Below are positions 30,988-43,937 of a stretch of DNA of 64,000 nucleotides, piece by piece (position 1 is the first letter of the stretch; every line of letters starts with the position of its first letter). The notes beneath the pieces were generated by a model, which saw only the letters and a program-made list of their open reading frames with translations, was not told the origin of the DNA and ran no database searches. Source of the stretch: an uncultured Actinomycetota bacterium (GTDB taxonomy: Bacteria; Actinomycetota; Actinomycetes; Mycobacteriales; Mycobacteriaceae); NCBI GenBank assembly GCA_963756865.1, contig CAVWPQ010000020.1:185898-249897 (forward strand), read 5' to 3'. The translations under genes and the position numbers were made by a program.

Positions 30988-32430
30988 CTACTCGGCGGCG
31001 TCGGCCGCGGGTCGATCCTTTGCCCCACCGCGCGCGTCTTTGGCCGCCTGCCGCACATCCTTGACGACCTTGCGCGCCGTATCGCTCAAACTCTTCACGA
31101 TTGACCGTGGTGCGTTCGCGACCTCGGCGGCGACATTGTCGGGCTTACCTGAACGCGCAGCCTTGGTGACGTCGCTTATCGCCTTCGTGAGCGGGCCGCG
31201 CGCCTCGCCTTGGGTACGAACCACGGTGTTGCCGCCGGCGTCGGCTGCGTCATTGACTTGCTTCGCATCGCCGGTGCCGCGCTCGGTGAAGGCGGAGCGG
31301 ATCTCGGTTCGGACGTTTCGCACCGTCTTGGCGACCTCGGCCAGCGGGCCGGGGGCTTCGTCGACCTTGTTCTGCGGTGCGAGCGTGTTTTTGACGATCG
31401 ACGGCACCGAACTCACCTCGGCCGTCCTGTTCAGCTGGCTCTGCTGCGTACTCGCGGTGAAGGGCAGGCCGCCCAAGAAGTAGTTCGCCTCTGCCAGTCC
31501 GGTGTTGATCAGTGAATTGACCGTTGTCGCACCGACGTTATATGCCCCGTTGAGGTAACTGTTGATGTTCAGCGGCGCATTGAGGATGGGATCGATTGCG
31601 TCGTAGACCACGCTGTCTGCGATGGGATCGGCGAGGACGTTCCACAGGATGCTGGCTTGATCGCCTGCGATATTCACGAGTGGTATCGGCGCGAGGGCAG
31701 CCTGAAGCACGTCGACGCCGTACGTGATCGTGTTTGAGACTGGGGTGTAAACGGCGTTGACCAGATCACTGGCGACGTTCTGAACGCCAACCTCAGGTGC
31801 CAAACCTTCCGCCAACGTCGTTGCCGCGAGGGTATTGCAGAAGAGACAAATCGGCGGCAGAGGCGGAAGCGGGGGAAGCGGTGGCAACCAGAACGCGATC
31901 TGCTGGTTCGCCAGATAGATGAAGGCGTTGACCGTGTCGACGCCGACGTTGACCAGGCCCTGAGCAAAACTGAAGTCGCCGCTGATCCAGTCAGCGATGT
32001 TGAACGTGATGCTATGAACGATCTGCTCACCGAAGTAGTAGAAGATCATGATCTGGGGTGCGAGCCAGCCCACGTAGGGAATCCAGCCGACCGCATACGT
32101 CGCGAGTTGGAAGCCGTACTCAACCCAGGGCTCCACCGCGTTGTAGACGTTGATGATGGCGTTGCCCAGGCCCGGGAACGCGAGCAGCCCAGGCACCGGT
32201 GTCGCTTGCGGAGCGGCCGCGGGTTGCACCGCTCCCGGCCCGTTCGGCGCTAGGCGTTGCACCGCCGCGAGGAGATCAACGAGTTGCTGCGACGGCACCT
32301 GCTGAACAGCGGCATTGGTGGCAGGCACCGCGACATCACGCGGCAGCGCCTGCACCGGAGTCAGCGCGATGGCGCTCGCGGTCAGCGTGGCCATGCCTGA
32401 CATCAAGACCGAGCGTGTGGAGATCTGCAT
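30988..32430 (-). CDS. Exported family protein, paralog 5
   Basis: GGAGGAG RBS; MQISTRSVLMSGMATLTASAIALTPV...VDLLAA leader; duplicated helical domain; amphipathic tail. Confidence 0.82.
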   Translation of the reverse strand: MQISTRSVLMSGMATLTASAIALTPVQALPRDVAVPATNAAVQQVPSQQLVDLLAAVQRLAPNGPGAVQPAAAPQATPVPGLLAFPGLGNAIINVYNAVEPWVEYGFQLATYAVGWIPYVGWLAPQIMIFYYFGEQIVHSITFNIADWISGDFSFAQGLVNVGVDTVNAFIYLANQQIAFWLPPLPPLPPLPPICLFCNTLAATTLAEGLAPEVGVQNVASDLVNAVYTPVSNTITYGVDVLQAALAPIPLVNIAGDQASILWNVLADPIADSVVYDAIDPILNAPLNINSYLNGAYNVGATTVNSLINTGLAEANYFLGGLPFTASTQQSQLNRTAEVSSVPSIVKNTLAPQNKVDEAPGPLAEVAKTVRNVRTEIRSAFTERGTGDAKQVNDAADAGGNTVVRTQGEARGPLTKAISDVTKAARSGKPDNVAAEVANAPRSIVKSLSDTARKVVKDVRQAAKDARGGAKDRPAADAAE

Positions 32431-32649
32431 GTCGACTCCTCCCAAATAGAGCCCCGACCTGGATGAACCTACGCGGGCGCTGACGCGGGCGTCGGCAAAT
32501 CGCAACCTCAAGCGTGTCGGAGTTCGCCGAGGTGACCGCAGCCGCCACGCCGAGCGCTACGCGGACTACTGTGGCCGATATGGCAGGCGCCGGTGTTTCA
32601 GAATGTGAGACGTGCGGATGATGATTGACGAACGTGCGGTTACACGGGA

Positions 32650-35229
32650 GTGGCTCTGAACCCCCAGCACGGCACCGATCTGCCCAGCCCGGTTGTCCCA
32701 CCCGGTTCCGGCGCGCCCAGCACAACTGCTTTGCGGCGTGTGCTTCGTCGTGCCCGCGACGGCGTTGCGCTGAATGTCGACGAGGCCGCCATCGCCATGA
32801 CGGCCCGCGGAGACGACCTGGTCGACCTCTGCGCGAGCGCCGCGCGCGTCCGTGACGCCGGGCTGACATCGTCGAGTCGGCGTGGACCCAACGGCCGGCT
32901 GCCGGTCAGCTATTCACGCAAGGTGTTCATTCCGATCACCCACCTCTGCCGCGACACCTGTCACTACTGCACATTCGTCACCGTTCCCGGCAAGCTGCGG
33001 GCCGAGGGCCGTGGCATGTTCATGGAGCCCGACGAGATCCTCGACGTCGCCCGTCGCGGCGCCGAACTCGGCTGCAAGGAAGCGCTTTTCACCCTCGGTG
33101 ACCGTCCCGAAGCCCGGTGGGACGAAGCGCGGCAGTGGCTCGACGAGCGCGGCTACGACTCGACGCTGGACTACGTGCGCGCCATGGCAATTCGCGTGCT
33201 CGAGGAGACCGGGCTGCTGCCGCACCTGAACCCCGGTGTGATGACGTGGTCTGAGCTGTCGCGCCTGAAGCCGGTCGCGCCGTCGATGGGCATGATGCTG
33301 GAAACCACGTCGCGTCGGCTGTTCGAGACCAAGGGTCTGGCGCACTACGGCAGCCCGGACAAGGATCCCGACGTTCGGCTACGGACACTCGATGACGCAG
33401 GGCGGCTGTCGATTCCGTTCACCACCGGCCTCCTGGTCGGCATCGGCGAGACGCTGACCGAACGCGCTGAGACCATGCACGCGATCCGCAAGTCCCATAA
33501 GGCGTTCGGTCACGTCCAAGAAGTGATCGTGCAGAACTTCCGGGCCAAGGACGGCACCGCCATGCGCGCAGTGCCCGACGCCGGCATCGACGACTTCGTG
33601 GCGACGGTCGCCGTCTCCCGGCTGGTGCTGGGCCCCAAGATGCGCATCCAGGCCCCACCGAACCTGGTGTCGCGCGACGAATGCCTCGCCCTGATCGGTG
33701 CCGGGGTCGACGACTGGGGCGGCGTATCGCCGTTGACGCCAGACCATGTCAATCCCGAACGGCCCTGGCCTGCGCTGGAAGAACTCGCCGCGGTCACCGC
33801 CGAGGCGGGCTACGACCTCGTGCAGCGACTCACCGCGCAGCCGCCGTACGTTCAGGCGGGCGCGGCGTGGATCGATCCGCGCGTGCAGGGCCACGTAGCC
33901 GCACTGGCCGACCCCGACACCGGTTACGCGTTGGACGTCAACCCGGTCGGGCGGCCCTGGCAGGAGCCCGACGAGGCTTCCGAGTCGCTGGGCCGGATCG
34001 ATCTGCACGAAGCGATCGACTCCGAGGGCCGACTGACGACCACCCGGAGTGACTTGGACAGCGCATTCGGGGACTGGGAGTCCATTCGGGAAAAGGTGGA
34101 GGAACTCGCCGCCCGGGCTCCTGAGCGCATCGACACCGACGTCGTAGCGGCTCTGCGGTCCGCGGAACGCGACCCCGCGGGATGCAGCGACGACGAGTAC
34201 CTCGCGTTGGCCACCGCGGACGGTCCGGCGCTGGATGCGGTTGCCGCCCTGGCAGATTCGTTGCGCCGCGACGCCGTCGGCGATGAGGTCACGTTCGTCG
34301 TGAACCGCAACATCAACTTCACCAACATCTGCTACACCGGCTGCCGATTCTGCGCGTTCGCCCAACGCAAGGGCGACGCCGACGCCTACTCCCTGTCGAC
34401 CGCCGAGGTCGCCGACCGGGCGTGGGAGGCCCACGTCGCCGGCGCGACCGAGGTCTGCATGCAGGGAGGTATCGATCCGGAACTGCCGGTCACCGGCTAC
34501 GCGGACCTGGTGCGCGCGGTGAAGGCGCGGGTGCCGTCGATGCACGTGCACGCGTTCTCGCCGATGGAGATCTCCAACGGCGTCACCAAGAGCGGGACGT
34601 CGATCCGCGAGTGGCTGACCAGTCTGCGCGAGGCCGGGCTCGGTTCCATTCCAGGCACGGCTGCGGAGATCCTCGACGACGAGGTCCGCTGGGTGCTGAC
34701 CAAAGGCAAGCTGCCCACGTCGGCATGGGTCGAGGTCATCACCACCGCACACGAGGTGGGCCTGCGGTCGTCGTCGACGATGATGTACGGCCACGTCGAC
34801 ACGCCGCGGCACTGGGTCGGGCACCTCAACGTGCTGCGCGGCATCCAGGACAAGACCGGTGGTTTCACCGAATTCGTCCCGTTGCCGTTCGTGCACCAGT
34901 CTTCGCCGCTCTACCTCGCGGGTGGAGCACGGCCCGGTCCGACTCATCGTGACAACCGCGCAGTCCACGCGCTGGCGCGAATCATGCTGCACGGCAGGAT
35001 TTCCCATATCCAGACCAGCTGGGTCAAACTCGGCGTGGAGCGAACCCAGGTGATGCTCAACGGTGGCGCGAACGACCTGGGCGGCACGTTGATGGAGGAA
35101 ACCATCTCCCGGATGGCCGGTTCGGAGTTCGGCTCGGCCATGAGTGTCGACGAACTGACCGCGATCGCCGAGGGCATCGGCCGACCCGCCCGTCAGCGCA
35201 CCACCACCTACGCACCGCTGGCCGCCTGA
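32650..35229 (+). CDS. fbiC: Bifunctional FO synthase (CofG/CofH)
   Basis: Two radical-SAM motifs, CRDTCHYC and CYTGCRFC. Confidence 0.97.
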   Translation: MALNPQHGTDLPSPVVPPGSGAPSTTALRRVLRRARDGVALNVDEAAIAMTARGDDLVDLCASAARVRDAGLTSSSRRGPNGRLPVSYSRKVFIPITHLCRDTCHYCTFVTVPGKLRAEGRGMFMEPDEILDVARRGAELGCKEALFTLGDRPEARWDEARQWLDERGYDSTLDYVRAMAIRVLEETGLLPHLNPGVMTWSELSRLKPVAPSMGMMLETTSRRLFETKGLAHYGSPDKDPDVRLRTLDDAGRLSIPFTTGLLVGIGETLTERAETMHAIRKSHKAFGHVQEVIVQNFRAKDGTAMRAVPDAGIDDFVATVAVSRLVLGPKMRIQAPPNLVSRDECLALIGAGVDDWGGVSPLTPDHVNPERPWPALEELAAVTAEAGYDLVQRLTAQPPYVQAGAAWIDPRVQGHVAALADPDTGYALDVNPVGRPWQEPDEASESLGRIDLHEAIDSEGRLTTTRSDLDSAFGDWESIREKVEELAARAPERIDTDVVAALRSAERDPAGCSDDEYLALATADGPALDAVAALADSLRRDAVGDEVTFVVNRNINFTNICYTGCRFCAFAQRKGDADAYSLSTAEVADRAWEAHVAGATEVCMQGGIDPELPVTGYADLVRAVKARVPSMHVHAFSPMEISNGVTKSGTSIREWLTSLREAGLGSIPGTAAEILDDEVRWVLTKGKLPTSAWVEVITTAHEVGLRSSSTMMYGHVDTPRHWVGHLNVLRGIQDKTGGFTEFVPLPFVHQSSPLYLAGGARPGPTHRDNRAVHALARIMLHGRISHIQTSWVKLGVERTQVMLNGGANDLGGTLMEETISRMAGSEFGSAMSVDELTAIAEGIGRPARQRTTTYAPLAA

Positions 35230-35340
35230 CACGACTCACCGAGGCCTTCGGCGCCGGAATCCGCGCCTGTCGGTGAACCGGGTGTCACGCTCACTACGTA
35301 TACGAAAGTGACCGTTGCCATCCCAGCCCAGGAGCGCGCC

Positions 35341-35802
35341 TTGACAACCCTTTTCGGTCTGCCTGCCCACGCCCTGCTCGTGCACGCCATCGTGGTGCTC
35401 GCGCCATTGGTCGCGTTTCTCGAAATACTCTGTGCCTTATGGCCGGCCGCACGCAGACGACTGGTGTGGCTCAACGTGGCAATCGCCGCAGCCGTCGTCG
35501 TTCTGACACCGCTCACCACGTCGGCAGGCGAGTGGTTGTACAACCAGTCGTCCGAGCACTCCGCGATCCTGGAAACTCATGAAGAGCGTGGCGAATGGAT
35601 GATCTACTTCGCCATCGGTCTTCTGGTCGTGGCGATCGTGCAGGCGGTTCAGCACCGAATCGAGTCGCGTTCGTCTGAACCGAAGAAGGTGCTGGCCGTG
35701 ATCGCGGCGGTGCTTGCCATCGTCGTCGGGGTGTCGTCCATCGTTGGTGTGGTGATGATCGGCGACACCGGCGCACGAGCGGTGTGGGGGACGGGGGAAT
35801 AG
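35341..35802 (+). CDS. DUF2231-like membrane protein
   Basis: GLPAHALLVH, AGEWL, HEERG, GDTGARAVW; AGGAG before TTG. Confidence 0.75.
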   Translation: MTTLFGLPAHALLVHAIVVLAPLVAFLEILCALWPAARRRLVWLNVAIAAAVVVLTPLTTSAGEWLYNQSSEHSAILETHEERGEWMIYFAIGLLVVAIVQAVQHRIESRSSEPKKVLAVIAAVLAIVVGVSSIVGVVMIGDTGARAVWGTGE

Positions 35803-35873
35803 AAACGGACCAGAGTCCGCTTTACCTTCTCGACGGCGTCGGAAAGGCCGACACCTGATCCGAGGAGAGTCAC

Positions 35874-36425
35874 ATGACCGCAGCCACCGCAACCACCCAG
35901 CTCAGCGCAGGGACGTGGGCCATCGATCCAGTTCATTCGTCCATTGCGTTCTCCGTACGCCATCTGCTGGTGAGCAAGGTCCGAGGAACCTTCGACGGGT
36001 TCTCGGGTGCGGTCGTGGTCGGCGAGGACGGAACCCCGGCTGTGACTGCCGAGATCGCCGTCGACTCGGTCGACACCCGTAACGAGCAGCGCGATGCCCA
36101 CTTGAAGTCCGCCGAATACTTCGACGTGGAGAACCATCCGACTGCAACCTTCGCCTCGACCGGCGTCCGCGAGAGCGGCGACAAGTACGTGCTCGACGGT
36201 GTCTTCACCCTGAAGGGCATCGCCAAGCCGGTCAGCCTCGAGCTGGAGTTCAACGGCACCAATCCCGGTATGGGCCATGGCGAGGTAGCCGGCTTCACCG
36301 CGTCGGTTGTGCTGAACCGCAAGGACTTCGGCATCGTCGTCGACCTGCCGCTGGAGACCGGCGGCGCGGTCGTCGGCGACAAGGTGACCATCACCCTGGA
36401 GATCGAGGCTCTGAAGCAGGCCTGA
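35874..36425 (+). CDS. YceI family protein
   Basis: WAIDPVHS, VRH..VSKVRG.F, RDAHL, NRKDFG. Confidence 0.92.
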   Translation: MTAATATTQLSAGTWAIDPVHSSIAFSVRHLLVSKVRGTFDGFSGAVVVGEDGTPAVTAEIAVDSVDTRNEQRDAHLKSAEYFDVENHPTATFASTGVRESGDKYVLDGVFTLKGIAKPVSLELEFNGTNPGMGHGEVAGFTASVVLNRKDFGIVVDLPLETGGAVVGDKVTITLEIEALKQA

Positions 36426-36497
36426 CGCGGGTTTGCCCGATCCCACCCCTCCAATTAGCCGGTGCGTTAAATTTGCTGGCTAACCAGAGGAGGGGCT

Positions 36498-37647
36498 ATG
36501 GGGAAGCGACGTAACTCGCAGATTCTGCTGGCTGCGGCCGCGCCGATCGGGATGGCGACTTTACTGATCGCCGGCTCGGCAACCGGCGCGGCCGCCACCG
36601 TGTTGACGTTGGAAGGCGGCCTCGTCGGGCTGCAGCCATTTTTCCATTTCACGCCGGAGAATCTGCAGGGTGATCTCTGCAAGGCCCCGAACACCTGCAC
36701 CCCGCTGAACTATTTCGCACTGCCGGTTGGCCCCGCCACCCAGCAAGGCGGTCAGTTGGTCAGCGACAGGATCGCCGACATCCACGCTGAGGACTCCGAA
36801 GAGGATGTCGTGTTGTTCGGCCACAGCCAGGGCGGACAGGTTATCTACTCCGCCTTGCGCGACTGGTCGACGGGAGCGCTTCCGGCGCCGGACCCCGAAC
36901 ACGTCACCTGGGTCTCGACCGGTAATCCAGAAAACAAGTACGGCGGCACAATGGGCGGCATCGGGTACACCAACGGTGAGGGGCTGCCCGCCGACCTCGA
37001 CTACGACGGTATGGAGGTCATCCGCCAATACGATGGCTGGGCAGACGAACCCGACGATGCGGGCAACCTGCTGGCGGTCATCAATGCGTATATCGGTAGG
37101 CAGACACTGCACACCGCGTACGAGGACGTGGACGTGGACGATCCCAGGAACGTCACCAAGACCGAGTACTACTGTGACGTGGGCGTGTGCAGCGAGACGA
37201 ACCACAAATCCAAGGTCACCTATGTGTGGGTGCCGACGGACACGCTGCCGCTCGTCGCGTGGACCGGTCCGTTCGCGCCCGCGCTGGACAACATGTTGCG
37301 TCCGATCGTGGACAAGGCGTACACGGGCCGACCTGCGATTCCGGATCCGACGCCACCGGCATCGGAGTCGAACGTCACTGCTGAGCGGATCAGGGACGAC
37401 GTCGGTCGAGATGACGAACGCCGACCTGTCGTCGTCCATCAGCCACGCGAAATCGACAGGCAGTGACAAGGATTCGGCTGGGCGATCGGGTGGGGCGGCC
37501 AACCGTCCTGTCGGCTCCGCACGACCGGTGCGCGACGCCATCGCCACGGTCAAGAAGGCCGTCGACCGCATCGCCGACCGGATCGCAGACCGGGTCAGCC
37601 GTCAGGCGACGACGAAGGCCGACACCAGCGAAGGCGCCGAGACCTGA
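36498..37647 (+). CDS. PE-PPE (cutinase-like serine hydrolase) domain protein with signal peptide; frameshift near 37385
   Basis: GHSQG, GNP, QYDGWADEP, NLLAVINA..G...LH.AY, TLPL; the tail continues in the 36727..37647 frame. Confidence 0.82.
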
Positions 37648-37649
37648 CC

Positions 37650-37708
37650 AGCGTGCGGAGAGTGATGCCAAATTGCGGCGTGTTGTGTGCAGACGCGCAC
37701 GCTCGCGG
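37650..37708. repeat. REP-like intergenic palindromic repeat, copy 1
   Basis: AGCGTGCG...CGCACGCT arms; 31/35 identity to 57639..57673. Confidence 0.7.
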
Positions 37709-37718
37709 TGCGAAGTGG

Positions 37719-40312
<2,594 letters not shown>

Positions 40313-40343
40313 GCGGGCAGCGTAGAAGCACACCGCAGCCATA

Positions 40344-40357
40344 TGCAACTTGTTGCA
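40344..40357. promoter_or_regulatory. Inverted repeat TGCAAC-TT-GTTGCA, candidate PadR operator
   Basis: Perfect 6-bp arms near the expected -35 of the padR-fadH promoter. Confidence 0.55.
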
Positions 40358-40398
40358 GTGCATCCGTGCGCATAGCCGTGTGAGACTAGGCAGCCGGT

Positions 40399-43047
40399 TT
40401 ACCGACCGTTGTCGGTCTCTTTGAGGAGTACGTAGCGCGCGGCCTCGGTGCGCGACGCCACGCCCAGCTTCCGATACACGTGGTACAGGTGGTTGGCGAC
40501 CGTCTTGACGCTCAGGTGCAACCGCTTGGCGATCTCTCGGTTGGTCAGGCCTTTGGCGACTTCGGCGAGTACTCGGCTCTCCGCGTCAGTCAAGGCGTCG
40601 GTTTCGTCGGTTTGGGACGCGGAAGTCAGACGTGCCGCCCAGGGGGCCGCACCCAATCTGCGGAATGCATGGAGGGCTTCGGCGCAGGCATCGTCCCGGT
40701 CGGCGCGGTTCTGTGCGATCCGCGCCTTGTCGAGAAATGCGCGGGCACGGTCGAATCCGTCGACGCGCGAATCGTAGGTGGCCAGCGCCAGGTCGAGCAG
40801 CTCTACCGACCGAGTCGGGTTGGAATCGGCACAAAACAGCGCCTCCGCCCGGTGAGCAGTGGCCTTCGTCCACCGACTTGCCCCTGGATCGGCCGAGACC
40901 GCGACCAGATGGGCCAGCACAGGCTCGGCGTCCTCGTGTCGGCCGCAAGCCACATACGCCTCGACCAAGTCGACGTGCCACCTGGCCAGTTGCGGTGCCA
41001 ACAACGCGTCCGCCTGTTCGAAGGCCCAGCACTCGGCGAGGTGCGTCACCGCTTCGTCGTATCGCTGCGATGTCAGGGCGGCCAGTCCGGCGTTCGCCAG
41101 CAGGAAGTAACGAGCGCCGAACGTCGACTGTTCGGTGGAGATCGCGAACCCCAAGCTGAGATCAGTCGCGGATGCCTTGTCGTCCCCACGAACGGCGTGC
41201 ACGCGCGCGCGCAACGATAGCCAGAAGGGGGCGAACGCCCGCTGCCCTGTGGCCAGACTGAGCGCAATCGCCTCATCGAGGCACGCCAGTGCCTCATCGA
41301 ACCGCGAAGCTCGAACGTGGGTTTCGCCAAGAGCTCCGAAGGTCATCGCCAGCGCAGCTCGTGCGCCCTCGCCGCGCAGCCGGGCGCCGAGCTCGGTCAG
41401 CGCGGAAACGGCTGCGTCGTACTGTTCGGCGATGGACAAGGCGCGGCCGACGTGCAGGCCGGCCATCGGATCGTGCTGGACCGCGGTGACCAGGTCGACC
41501 TCTTCGAGGAGTTCGCCGACGAGTTCTTTTGCGCGGCTTTCGCTTTGCGCACTGGCGGCGTGGGCGAGAACCACCCGTGCGACAACCCATTCCGGCGAGT
41601 CTGGCTTGCTGTGCTCCACCGCGGCTTCGGCGTGGATCACGATCTGCCCGACGAGGCCCAGCATTCCCAGGGGCAGCGTGAGCCGCGCGTGGACCGAGCC
41701 GACTTCGGCCGGGGTGGCGACCACCAGGCATTCCATCAGCCGCTGGCAGGCCGCGGCGGGTGCACCGTCGACGGCTTCGAGGATGGCCAGAGTGAGCGTC
41801 GCGGCGACATGCAGGTCACGCGACGCATGGTCGTCGAGTACTGCCTCGAGTCGGCGCCGCGCGGCGGTCGCCTCGCCTGCGGCGCCCAGCAACGTGGCGG
41901 CCTCTAGCCGGAGTTCGCCGCGGCGCACGTCGCTGCCGGTCAGGTCGACGGCCCTGTCGAGCATTCGTGCCGCGGCGTCGGTGCCGCCGCGGACCCGCAT
42001 GACTCGCGCCGCCTCGACGAGAGCGTCCACCAGCTCGTCATCAGGGCCGAGCGTGCCGCGCGCGCGATGAGCGAGAATCACATCGTCGGGCAGCGACGAC
42101 ACCGCTGCGAAGCGCAGGTTGAGTGCCCGCCATCGACTGTTGGGCATCGCGCTGGTGGCGGCGCTGTGCAACAGCGGGTGCCGCAGCACCAGGCGGCCAT
42201 CGCTCAGGCTCGCCAGCCCCAAGTCTTCGAGGTCCTCCAAGCCCTTAGCGGCGTCGGGATGCAGCGCGGTGAGCACAGCCCACGAACCATCGGCAGACAC
42301 TGCGGCGAAGTCGAGTAGCTCCCTGGCCGCGGTGTCCGGGCGCGGAAGCTGGCGCGTGAACACGGCGCGCAGGTCTCCGACAAGCGGAATATCCTCGGGC
42401 AGGAGTTGCTCTCCCGAGAGTTGCTCGGGCGACAGCGCGTGGGGCAGGTGAGTCAGCGCGAGCGGATTCCCGTCGGCCATCTCGAGCAACCTCTGCATAA
42501 CCTGCGGGGCGATTGGAGCATCGCTCGCGGCCTCCAGCACCGCGACGGCATCCGCGGCTGCAAGACCGCCGATTAGCTGCGTATCGAACCCTTCGGCGAA
42601 TGCCAGCGCGGACTGCACGCGGCGGCCGGTCACGACCACCAAGACCCCGGTTGCCGCGGCGCGCCGGAGCGCGAGATTCAGCGCCGTCCGGCTGGATGGA
42701 TCGGCGTCGTGGATGTCGTCGATGAGCAGTGCCGTCGAGCCGGCTCTTTCAAGTCCTGCACACAGAACGTCGGCGGCCCGCATCGGGTCAACGGGTAGCG
42801 CGTCGGGAATCGCAAGCGCTACGGCAATGTCCCCGGCCGTCGACATCGGCGTCCCGACATCACCACCACGGCATGAGATCAGGTGCGCAGGCGCGCCGAT
42901 GTGGTCGGACAGCCACGACAACGCGCTCGACTTGCCGATTCCGGCGTCGCCCAGCAGAACCGTTACGTGACCTACGCCCCGAAGGGCCCGCGACCATCTT
43001 TGCGCAAGCGTGTGATTGAGTTCAGCTCGCGACGCGATGCCCGCCAT
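40399..43047 (-). CDS. Large ATP-binding LuxR (LAL-type) regulator
   Basis: GDAGIGKS Walker A, LLIDD, DGNPLAL, TPR-like middle, C-terminal GLTNREIAKRLHLSVKTV.NHL HTH. Confidence 0.9.
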   Translation of the reverse strand: MAGIASRAELNHTLAQRWSRALRGVGHVTVLLGDAGIGKSSALSWLSDHIGAPAHLISCRGGDVGTPMSTAGDIAVALAIPDALPVDPMRAADVLCAGLERAGSTALLIDDIHDADPSSRTALNLALRRAAATGVLVVVTGRRVQSALAFAEGFDTQLIGGLAAADAVAVLEAASDAPIAPQVMQRLLEMADGNPLALTHLPHALSPEQLSGEQLLPEDIPLVGDLRAVFTRQLPRPDTAARELLDFAAVSADGSWAVLTALHPDAAKGLEDLEDLGLASLSDGRLVLRHPLLHSAATSAMPNSRWRALNLRFAAVSSLPDDVILAHRARGTLGPDDELVDALVEAARVMRVRGGTDAAARMLDRAVDLTGSDVRRGELRLEAATLLGAAGEATAARRRLEAVLDDHASRDLHVAATLTLAILEAVDGAPAAACQRLMECLVVATPAEVGSVHARLTLPLGMLGLVGQIVIHAEAAVEHSKPDSPEWVVARVVLAHAASAQSESRAKELVGELLEEVDLVTAVQHDPMAGLHVGRALSIAEQYDAAVSALTELGARLRGEGARAALAMTFGALGETHVRASRFDEALACLDEAIALSLATGQRAFAPFWLSLRARVHAVRGDDKASATDLSLGFAISTEQSTFGARYFLLANAGLAALTSQRYDEAVTHLAECWAFEQADALLAPQLARWHVDLVEAYVACGRHEDAEPVLAHLVAVSADPGASRWTKATAHRAEALFCADSNPTRSVELLDLALATYDSRVDGFDRARAFLDKARIAQNRADRDDACAEALHAFRRLGAAPWAARLTSASQTDETDALTDAESRVLAEVAKGLTNREIAKRLHLSVKTVANHLYHVYRKLGVASRTEAARYVLLKETDNGR

Positions 43048-43098
43048 TGTGCAGGCAGAGTATCGCAGATCAGCGGGCAAACACGCCGCATGCGTGGC

Positions 43099-43617
43099 CT
43101 ATTCGACCAACTCCCAACGGTCTTCGCCGCCCACTTCGCCTGCGGTGACCTTCACGGTGCGGGTATCGCCTGCTTCATTGGCCGCGGTGCACTCGAAGGA
43201 TTCTCCGATCGCCACGACCTGCAGGCCTTTGCCGCATGAGACAGTCACGTCAAACCCCTGCTCGGCCGAGATCTCGCGAGCTAGGCCCTTCGCCGTGTCG
43301 GGGAGATCGAACAAAACGTCGAGCGTGCTGAAGTTCGCGCCCTCGTCGTCCGCGAGCTTGACCTCCACGCGTACGTCGTTACCTTCGACGTCGGCGGTAC
43401 AGACAAATGTGTCGCCGGCCTTCGGGGTGTTCGCCTGGCGCGGACAATCGACGCTCGATACCTGGCGCGACATCTTGGAATACGCCGCGTTCAGCTCGTC
43501 TGTGATGCCACTTTCCAGCTTCTCGTAGTCCGGCCCGCCAGCCGAAAAATTGAAACTACAGCTGCTGAGCGCGAAAGCTAACAGGAGCAATGAGAGGTGC
43601 GAACGGAGCGCGGCCAC
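43099..43617 (-). CDS. DUF4333-type lipoprotein
   Basis: Lipobox ALSSC; two repeats of V.CP/G...GDTF.C.A. Confidence 0.75.
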   Translation of the reverse strand: MAALRSHLSLLLLAFALSSCSFNFSAGGPDYEKLESGITDELNAAYSKMSRQVSSVDCPRQANTPKAGDTFVCTADVEGNDVRVEVKLADDEGANFSTLDVLFDLPDTAKGLAREISAEQGFDVTVSCGKGLQVVAIGESFECTAANEAGDTRTVKVTAGEVGGEDRWELVE

Positions 43618-43937
43618 GTCGTTGACGGTATCGCTCGACGTAACGGCCGCACATGGGAACAATTGCTCATTTTCCCAGCGCTGCGCGGTGCCGGGGAAAT
43701 CGATCAAGTAGCGGCCGGGTGCGTCGGCCCGAATGGAGGTGTGCCGACTAGGCACTTGTATATGCAACGTCTAGTATCAGTAACTACGCGTCCACCCAAC
43801 GGTGGGCGCTGAAAGTTAGGGCAGGCTGACAAACACCTCCCCGTATCCGCATCGGATACTGGAGCGAATTTCGGCGGGCCCTAACCATAGGCAGCCCCCA
43901 TTGATCAGGTTGATCGAGAGGACTCGAGGAGCTTTCA

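Noticed and set aside
33379-35232. Long antisense ORFs (617 aa opposite fbiC, 546 aa opposite fadH, 13593..14525, 25498..26751 and others)
   Set aside because: Shadow frames expected from high-GC codon bias; no motifs, and they overlap well-supported genes.
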